Source: Clostridiales bacterium
GTDB lineage: Bacteria; Bacillota; Clostridia; Christensenellales; SZUA-584
Direction of reading: 5' to 3'
Assembly: GCA_029265435.1 (NCBI GenBank)
Contig: JAJUJH010000004.1
Coordinates: 1 to 50,841, forward strand
Length of the DNA: 50,841 nt
Shown here: positions 45,561 to 50,841 of the stretch, piece after piece
Layout: every line of letters begins with the position of its first letter
How positions within the stretch are numbered: position 1 is the first letter of the stretch
The notes under the pieces: model-generated
The model's database searches: none
Seen by the model: the letters and a program-made list of their open reading frames with translations, nothing else
What the model was told of the DNA's origin: nothing
Position numbers and translations under genes: made by a program

Positions 45561-45659
45561 TTACCAGCGCCAGCCGCCGCGGTTCCAGCCGCAGCAGCGG
45601 TTCCAGCCGCAGCCCCAGCCGCGGTTCCAGCCGCAGCCCCAATTACACCTGCAGCACAT
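45561..45659 (-). CDS. Hypothetical 32-aa Cys/Trp/Gly/Arg-rich micro-protein with three CGWNR repeats
   Basis: Not in the ORF track (under 60 aa). The codon-by-codon manual translation is MCCRCNWGCGWNRGWGCGWNRCCGWNRGGWRW followed by a stop. The SD-like GGGGGGGTGA ends 4 nt before the ATG. An in-frame TAA lies 8 codons upstream, so this is the only possible start. Confidence 0.5.
   Translation of the reverse strand: MCCRCNWGCGWNRGWGCGWNRCCGWNRGGWRW
45579..45637. repeat. Three copies of the 17-nt unit GCGGTTCCAGCCGCAGC (periods 18 and 24 nt) underlying the CGWNR peptide repeats
   Basis: Perfect copies at 45579-45595, 45597-45613 and 45621-45637. The spacing is a multiple of 3, consistent with a coding repeat. 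Confidence 0.85.
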
Positions 45660-45775
45660 TATCTCACCCCCCCTATTGATATATTATTCGCAGGGCTGCG
45701 TATTGTCACGTTCCCGCTCTTTCGTCACATTTTATACAAACGAATATTTTTCCGTCTGCGGCCAATAATAGGCTT

Positions 45776-47338
45776 ATGAAACCGAAGAAAAACGTTTTTT
45801 TTCGTTTATCGTCAAACAAAAAGCAGGCGGTCATTGATAACGCCGTCAATGAGATCGATCAGGACCTGCAAAACGCTGTGCTTTCCGATTCGCTCGAGCA
45901 AAACACGGCAATTTTGAACGGCCTCTTTCAGGATGTGGATATTTTCATCACGAAGACGGTCACAACCCAAAACGATACGCTGAAGATCGCGGTCGCATAC
46001 TGCGCGGGCGTAACAAGCAAAGAGATAATCGCCGAAAACATCATTGAGCCGCTCACCGTCTGCAGCGATTTAACAAACGGCACGGATATGCTTTCCCATA
46101 TTATGGAGTCCGTGATACAGATCGGCGATGTCAAAAAAACGGGCAGCATAAGCGCGATCGTGGAAGCCGTCTGCTATGGAGATACCGCTGTGCTCCTCGA
46201 CGGGTCGGCGGAAGCCCTGATCGTCAATACCAAGAATTTTTCGACGCGCGCAATCACCGAGCCGGAAAATGAACGGGCGCTCAGCGGCCCGCGCGAAGGC
46301 TTTACCGAAACGCTGATGGTCAATATCTCCATGCTCCGCCGCCGTGTGCGTTCCCATAAACTCAAGCTGAAAATACGGATAATCGGCAGCCAGACAAAAA
46401 CGCAGGTCTGCATCTGCTATATGGACGGTCTTGTCAACGAAAAGATACTTACGGAGCTGTATAAACGGCTCGACAAAATCAATATCGACGCCGTTCTCGA
46501 TACCAATTACATCTCGGAGCTGATCAAGGACGGCCCCTATTCCCCTTTCCGCACCATCGGATACACGGAGCGGCCCGATACCGTGATCGGGCGGCTGCTT
46601 GAAGGCCGCATCGCGCTCATTGCGGACGGAAGCCCGTCTGCGCTGACGCTGCCCTATTTGTTTATCGAGAACTTCCAGAGCAGCGAAGATTATTATATGA
46701 ACTACTACTATACGTCGTTTTCAAGGATACTGCGCATATTCGGCTTCACACTCACGCTGATCGTTCCGGCGCTTTATATCGCCATCGTCGCGTATCATCA
46801 TGAGATGCTGCCCACGCAGCTTCTCATCAACATCGCAATCGCGCGCCAGAACGTGCCGCTGCCCGCCTCCGTCGAAGCGTTTCTGATGCTCATCGTTTTT
46901 GATATACTGCGCGAAACAGGCGTGCGCATGCCTTCCAACGTGGGCCAGGCGCTCAGCATTGTGGGCGCGCTCGTCATCGGCCAGGCCGCCGTGGACGCCA
47001 AAATGGTGGCGGCGCCCATGATCATCATCGTGGCGCTCACCGGCATCACCAATCTTCTTGTGCCGAGGCTCAGCGGCCCTGTAATCTACATCCGGTATTT
47101 TTTTCTTCTCGCGAGCTCGCTTTTCGGCTTTTACGGCCTTGTGCTTGGCATGTCTTCAGTCGTCATCCATATACTCAATCTGCGCTCGTTCGGCATACCT
47201 CAGGTCTCCGCCGCCGGCAACGTCCGTTTTCAGGATGTCAAGGATACGGTTTTCCGCACCCCGTGGCGCAGCATGAAAACGAGGCCGAAATGGAGCCGCA
47301 ACAAAACACGCTTGAATGCAAAGGGCAAAAGCTCATGA
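45776..47338 (+). CDS. Spore germinant receptor, A subunit (GerA/GerAA family)
   Basis: 520 aa. A soluble N-terminal domain is followed by 4-5 TM helices, in typical GerA-family order (…REGFTE.L..N..MLRRR…). Confidence 0.9.
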   Translation: MKPKKNVFFRLSSNKKQAVIDNAVNEIDQDLQNAVLSDSLEQNTAILNGLFQDVDIFITKTVTTQNDTLKIAVAYCAGVTSKEIIAENIIEPLTVCSDLTNGTDMLSHIMESVIQIGDVKKTGSISAIVEAVCYGDTAVLLDGSAEALIVNTKNFSTRAITEPENERALSGPREGFTETLMVNISMLRRRVRSHKLKLKIRIIGSQTKTQVCICYMDGLVNEKILTELYKRLDKINIDAVLDTNYISELIKDGPYSPFRTIGYTERPDTVIGRLLEGRIALIADGSPSALTLPYLFIENFQSSEDYYMNYYYTSFSRILRIFGFTLTLIVPALYIAIVAYHHEMLPTQLLINIAIARQNVPLPASVEAFLMLIVFDILRETGVRMPSNVGQALSIVGALVIGQAAVDAKMVAAPMIIIVALTGITNLLVPRLSGPVIYIRYFFLLASSLFGFYGLVLGMSSVVIHILNLRSFGIPQVSAAGNVRFQDVKDTVFRTPWRSMKTRPKWSRNKTRLNAKGKSS

Positions 47339-48471
47339 AAAAGAAGGCGGCGGCATGTATTCTGATACTATTGATACTCTTTTTCGGCGGCTGCTGGAAC
47401 TACCGCGGCCTTGACGAAATGTCCATCGTATCAGGGCTGGCGATTGACAAAGGCACGGAGGAAAACCCCTATAGAGTTTCGTATCAGATCATCGATCTGA
47501 TGGGCAATGTGGATGTGGAGGGCATCAACGGCAAGCTCCTTGAATCGGACGGCAAAACGCTGTTCGACGCTTGCCGGAACGCAAAAAAAAGCATCGTCGG
47601 GAAGCTCTATTTCGGCCACACACAGGTGGTGGTCATCAGCGAGCAGATGGCGCGCGAAAACGATCTGCTGAACACCGTCAATTGGCTGCTGCACGACAGT
47701 GAACCGCGGGAAACGCTCAAGTTCGTGATTTCCCGGGAAGAAAACGCAAAGGATATTCTGGCCAACGAAACGCTGACCGGACCGATCGCCGCTTTGGAAA
47801 TCAGCAAATACATCGAGGAAGATAACAAGATCACGGCGTCCACATCTTATAAGCAGCTTTATGAAGTATATAACACGCTGATAGAATCCGGCTGCGAATT
47901 AACGCTGCCCGCTATACGCAACATACGGGATAAAGACAGAACCATACCGCAGATCTGCGGCACGGCCGTCTTTAAGGGGCAGCGGCTGATCGGTTATTTG
48001 ACACCCGACGAATCCAAGTATTATCTCTTTGCCGTCGGCGAGATCAACGGCGGCCTTTTCACCTTTCCGGCGGACGGAAGCGGCCCCGACGATATCACGC
48101 TGGAGATAAGCGCAAACCGGACTTCACGCTCGGTTTCTTATGAAAACGGCAAGCCTGTCATTCTCATCAAAACGGAGACCGATGCGTTTCTGGCGGAAAA
48201 CAATGTGCCGGTTGACGCGACGGACAAGCGTCAAGTCGATGAGCTTGAAAAGACGGCCGCCAAAACGCTTGCTCAAAGAATGGTGCAGACCATTCAATAC
48301 GTGCAAACGAAATTTGGATCTGACATTTTCGGATTCGGGAAAACGATCCATAAGACGGAGCCCGCGCTTTGGGATAAATTTGAAAAAGACTGGGATTCCA
48401 TTTTTGCCGCTCTGGAAGTGCGGGTCAGCGTCCGGATCAATATCGTCAACTCGGGGCTGACCCGACAATGA
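47335..48471 (+). CDS. Spore germinant receptor, C subunit lipoprotein (GerAC family)
   Basis: Trimmed to ATG 47335, which overlaps the previous stop as ATGA. MKKKAAACILILLILFFGGCWNYRGLDEMSIV shows a lipobox plus the conserved start of Ger(x)C. Confidence 0.88.
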   Translation: MKKKAAACILILLILFFGGCWNYRGLDEMSIVSGLAIDKGTEENPYRVSYQIIDLMGNVDVEGINGKLLESDGKTLFDACRNAKKSIVGKLYFGHTQVVVISEQMARENDLLNTVNWLLHDSEPRETLKFVISREENAKDILANETLTGPIAALEISKYIEEDNKITASTSYKQLYEVYNTLIESGCELTLPAIRNIRDKDRTIPQICGTAVFKGQRLIGYLTPDESKYYLFAVGEINGGLFTFPADGSGPDDITLEISANRTSRSVSYENGKPVILIKTETDAFLAENNVPVDATDKRQVDELEKTAAKTLAQRMVQTIQYVQTKFGSDIFGFGKTIHKTEPALWDKFEKDWDSIFAALEVRVSVRINIVNSGLTRQ

Positions 48472-48484
48472 AGGGAAACGCGTG

Positions 48485-48700
48485 ATGCTGACGGGTATCG
48501 TGATCGCCTTGTTTGCCGGGCTCGTACTGTTTGGCTACGTCCCCGGCAGAAAAAAGCGCAGGAGAAAAGAAAACATATTTTATGCCGCTGCTCTGGCCGT
48601 CAGCTTTGCGGTGCTGATATTGTACAGCCTGAGCATCACACTGCCCAGCCCCACTAAAGCAATCGACGGCATTGTCAGAATGGTGGTCCCCATCAAATAA
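48485..48700 (+). CDS. Small two-TM protein inside the ger operon (germinant-receptor D-subunit-like)
   Basis: 71 aa: MLTGIVIALFAGLVLFGYVPGRKKRRRKENIFYAAALAVSFAVLILYSL... It has two hydrophobic helices separated by a basic loop. GAAGGGAAA SD is present. It sits between the C and B subunit genes. Confidence 0.55.
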   Translation: MLTGIVIALFAGLVLFGYVPGRKKRRRKENIFYAAALAVSFAVLILYSLSITLPSPTKAIDGIVRMVVPIK

Positions 48701-48715
48701 GAAAGGATAAGCGTC

Positions 48716-49810
48716 ATGCCGAAAGAAATGATATCCGCGCGCCAGGCTTTTTGCATCATCGCGATTTTTATATGGGGCAGCAGCGTCGTGATTGGGGGAA
48801 ACTCCGAAGCCGGTCATGACGCGTGGATCACCCTCGTATTCGGGTTCGCGCTTGCGGTCCCGATGCTGCTGGTTTATGCGCGCATCATGCGGCTCTATCC
48901 GGAGAAAAACCTGTTCGACATCATGGAGGCCATACTCGGCAAAGCCGGCGCGAAAATACTGATCGCGTTTGTCAGCTTTTATGCGCTGCACCTTTGCGCG
49001 ATTGTGCTGTGCAACTTCTCGGAGTTTATTGAAGTCGTCGCCATGCCGGAAACGCCGCAGCTTCCGCTGATGATCATCATGATGGCCGTCACCTCTTATC
49101 TTGCGATCAGCGGCGTGGAGACGCTTGGAAGGTGGGCCGTCGTGACGATGCCTGTCATCATTTTCGTTGTACTGTTCACCGTTATCGCCGCGCTGAATTA
49201 CATGGACTTCACCAACATACTGCCGCTCATGGGTCACGATCTGCCTGTTATTGCCGGAGGCTCGTTCAAGCTCTTTTCGTTTCCGTTTGCCGAGCTTGTG
49301 CTTTTCCTTGGCGTGGCGGACGCCGTCAAAAAGCAGACAAGCCCCTACAAGCTGTTGCTGGGCGCCGGCGCTTTCGGCGCGCTTGTAATGCTGATTGTGA
49401 TGCTCCGCAATGTCGAGCTGCTGGGCTCAATGATTTTCGTCGAATACTTCTCTTCATATATCGCCGCGCGCATCATTTCCGTCGGCGATTTCTTTGCGCG
49501 TATCGAAGGCTCCATTTCGATGAACTTCGTGATCTCCGGCATTACAAAGATCACCTTATGCCTGTTTGTCGCCGCCAGGGGCATATCGTATCTGTTCGGT
49601 TTCTCCGGCGGCAGGCGCATCACGGTGGCCGTGGCGGCGCTCACATTGGCGCTGGCCGTCACACTATACGGCAGCGTCGGCGAGATGTTCAGTTTTATCA
49701 ACGTCTATCCATACTACGCGATGCCGTTCGAGGTTTTTATACCCGTTGTCATCTGGCTGATGGCCGAGATCAAAACAGCGAGGCAAAAAAAACTGGCGGC
49801 CGGCCGTTAG
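48716..49810 (+). CDS. Spore germinant receptor, B subunit (GerAB / spore permease family)
   Basis: 364 aa with about 10 TM helices. The N-terminus ISARQAFCIIAIFIWGSSVV is typical of Spore_permease proteins. Confidence 0.88.
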   Translation: MPKEMISARQAFCIIAIFIWGSSVVIGGNSEAGHDAWITLVFGFALAVPMLLVYARIMRLYPEKNLFDIMEAILGKAGAKILIAFVSFYALHLCAIVLCNFSEFIEVVAMPETPQLPLMIIMMAVTSYLAISGVETLGRWAVVTMPVIIFVVLFTVIAALNYMDFTNILPLMGHDLPVIAGGSFKLFSFPFAELVLFLGVADAVKKQTSPYKLLLGAGAFGALVMLIVMLRNVELLGSMIFVEYFSSYIAARIISVGDFFARIEGSISMNFVISGITKITLCLFVAARGISYLFGFSGGRRITVAVAALTLALAVTLYGSVGEMFSFINVYPYYAMPFEVFIPVVIWLMAEIKTARQKKLAAGR

Positions 49811-49819
49811 CCGCCGCCT

Positions 49820-49858
49820 CAGCTTGTCCAAAAAACCTTCGGTTTTCCGACAGTTTCC
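49820..49858. repeat. 39-nt dispersed repeat, copy B (inverted relative to 43051-43089)
   Basis: CAGCTTGTCCAAAAAACCTTCGGTTTTCCGACAGTTTCC, starting 10 nt after the gerAB stop. Confidence 0.7.
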
Positions 49859-49876
49859 AACGTCGGAGCCTTTGAT

Positions 49877-50158
49877 TTATTCCGTACCGTCTTCTTCGTA
49901 TCCGATCAGCCTCTGCGCTTCCGCCTGCGAAATCATCTCGCACCGTCCGACGTCTTCGCCGTCGGTTTCAAGCAGTCTGTCGGTCAGTAAACGGTTCATG
50001 TCCACATCCCACTCTCCCGTTTCATTGTTGAAAACATACGTTGTTTGTCCGTCGTATTTGGCCACCATGTTGAGATCCCGAAGCTTATAGTATGCCGTCA
50101 ATTTTCCGCACCTCTTTGTTTTTTTGATATTCTGCCCCGTCATCCGGTTTTCATGCAT
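49877..50158 (-). CDS. Hypothetical small acidic protein (start uncertain)
   Basis: 93-aa ORF overlapping the upstream stop by 8 nt. An alternative TTG at 50101 follows AAAGAGGTG. I recognise no motif. Confidence 0.4.
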   Translation of the reverse strand: MHENRMTGQNIKKTKRCGKLTAYYKLRDLNMVAKYDGQTTYVFNNETGEWDVDMNRLLTDRLLETDGEDVGRCEMISQAEAQRLIGYEEDGTE

Positions 50159-50645
50159 CGTTCACGCAAGAGAGAACAGGCCCGCCGGACGTATCGTGCG
50201 CGTCCAGAACGCGCTCGATTTTTCTGAGCGCCGATACGCGCAGCCTCCCGCACGTGGCGACAGAGCAATAGAGCCGCTGTGCCGCCGCTTCCACGCTCCG
50301 CGCTTCAAAATAGCGCATCCGCACATAACTGGCTTCGGGCGCCGTGAGGCCGGCGTTTTTAACCGTCTGCTCAATCAGCGCGATCGTCCGGCGTTCGTCG
50401 AGCAGACGTTTTTCAATGCTGAGCATCTCCGCGTGAAACTGGTCCGATGCGATGATTGCGGCGCGCTCCACAGGGCTGCTCACAGAGCGCCGGCGCCCCT
50501 GCGCCTTCACGTACCCTTCCGTTACGGGCAGGCTTGTCAGGCTTTGTTCATACGCCTGCTTCGCCGCCGACAGATCGAGCATCAGCCGGCCGATGCTTCG
50601 CGTCGCGTACCAGTAGTCCTTTAAAAACCGTTCCGTCTCTTTCAT
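50151..50645 (-). CDS. Sigma-70 region-4-type HTH regulator, phage-like (ArpU/RinA/DUF1492-like)
   Basis: 164 aa. The C-terminal ASYVRMRYFEARSVEAAAQRLYCSVATCGRLRVSALRKIERVL resembles sigma region 4.2. AAAGAGGGGAAG SD is present. Confidence 0.6.
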   Translation of the reverse strand: MKETERFLKDYWYATRSIGRLMLDLSAAKQAYEQSLTSLPVTEGYVKAQGRRRSVSSPVERAAIIASDQFHAEMLSIEKRLLDERRTIALIEQTVKNAGLTAPEASYVRMRYFEARSVEAAAQRLYCSVATCGRLRVSALRKIERVLDAHDTSGGPVLSCVNDA

Positions 50646-50724
50646 CTTCTTCCCCTCTTTAACCGCAAAAGCGTTGTCTGCGCTCGTTTTTCAAATGCCG
50701 CCGAAAAAGCATCGGCGGGCCGTT

Positions 50725-50841
50725 TCACCGCTGAACCGGTTCATTTCCTTGATCCTTTCGCCATATCCTTTCGGTTTCGTCCATTGCAAGCTGCGCCAGC
50801 ACAAACGCCGTCTGAGCGAGGCGGCCGTCCTTTGTTTTCGC
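50725..50841 (-). CDS. 3' end of an unidentified ORF entering from the right edge
   Basis: The manual translation ...AKTKDGRLAQTAFVLAQLAMDETERIWRKDQGNEPVQR ends in a stop. A hairpin GCCCGCCGA-N7-TCGGCGGC follows. Confidence 0.25.
   Translation of the reverse strand, partial: AKTKDGRLAQTAFVLAQLAMDETERIWRKDQGNEPVQR

Noticed and set aside
45579-45637. Possible CRISPR-like or minisatellite repeat
   Set aside because: There are only three 17-nt copies, with 1- and 7-nt spacers and periods that are multiples of 3, and no cas genes. This behaves as a coding tandem repeat, not a CRISPR array.
45450-45779. Plus-strand Pro/Ala-rich and Gln/Pro/Arg-rich ORFs (45450-45779 and 45487-45768) across the 17-nt repeat region
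   Set aside because: They have no SD and overlap the gerA-type start region. Their low-complexity translations come from reading the repeat in other frames. The minus-strand frame has a unique ATG, a strong SD, a stop right after the repeats, and an upstream motif shared with a second gene.
43051-49858. Composite transposon delimited by the inverted 39-nt repeats
   Set aside because: There is no transposase, integrase or target-site duplication, and the repeats are short and contain terminator-like mini-hairpins. This is reported only as a repeat observation.

Overview
About 51 kb of chromosome from a fairly GC-rich, spore-forming Clostridia-type Firmicute. The taxon call rests on a GerA-type germinant receptor operon, adhE with a Rex box, and an rplS-ylqF-rnhB-yraN-comM-dprA backbone. 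No rRNA, tRNA, CRISPR array, transposase or integrase is visible. Layout from left to right: (1) 1-10.2 kb holds a LacI-linked beta-glucoside/cellobiose locus, with an ABC importer plus YesL and an MsmX-type ATPase on the minus strand and a divergent GH94 phosphorylase and GH1 beta-glucosidase. (2) 10.9-19.8 kb holds a minus-strand housekeeping operon (rplS, then ylqF-rnhB-yraN...comM-dprA), interrupted between yraN and comM by a translationally coupled three-gene GT-C/GT39/GtrA glycosylation module. (3) 20.0-28.4 kb holds a complete shikimate/aromatic amino acid operon (aroF-tyrA-aroB-aroA-aroC-pheA-aroE::aroK-aroQ). It is preceded by a promoter, a 37-codon Phe/Tyr/Trp-rich leader ORF and an intrinsic terminator, which makes it a candidate ribosome-mediated attenuator. 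(4) 28.4-39.9 kb is a visibly lower-GC carbohydrate island. It carries a second LacI, an ABC importer, a CE2-like esterase, a second MsmX and YesL, a class-C-like serine hydrolase, and a GH13_18 phosphorylase paired with a uridine-kinase-like P-loop kinase. Three copies of an 18-bp palindrome ATGTCAW-N4-TTGACAT tie these units together, and two of them contain the -35 box of a strong promoter. (5) 40.2-42.9 kb holds adhE behind a promoter overlapped by a perfect Rex operator. (6) 43.1-45.7 kb is the least explained part of the window. It has an orphan SufS-type cysteine desulfurase with an N-terminal extension and a translationally coupled 56-codon ORF. Next to it are two unannotated micro-ORFs encoding extremely Cys/Trp/Arg-rich peptides that share a near-identical upstream motif. 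(7) 45.8-49.8 kb holds a gerA-family receptor operon in the order A, C, small two-TM D-like subunit, B. (8) 49.9-50.8 kb holds phage-like small genes, including a sigma-70 region-4 type regulator. All functional calls come from reading the translations and motifs by eye. No database search or RNA folding was run.
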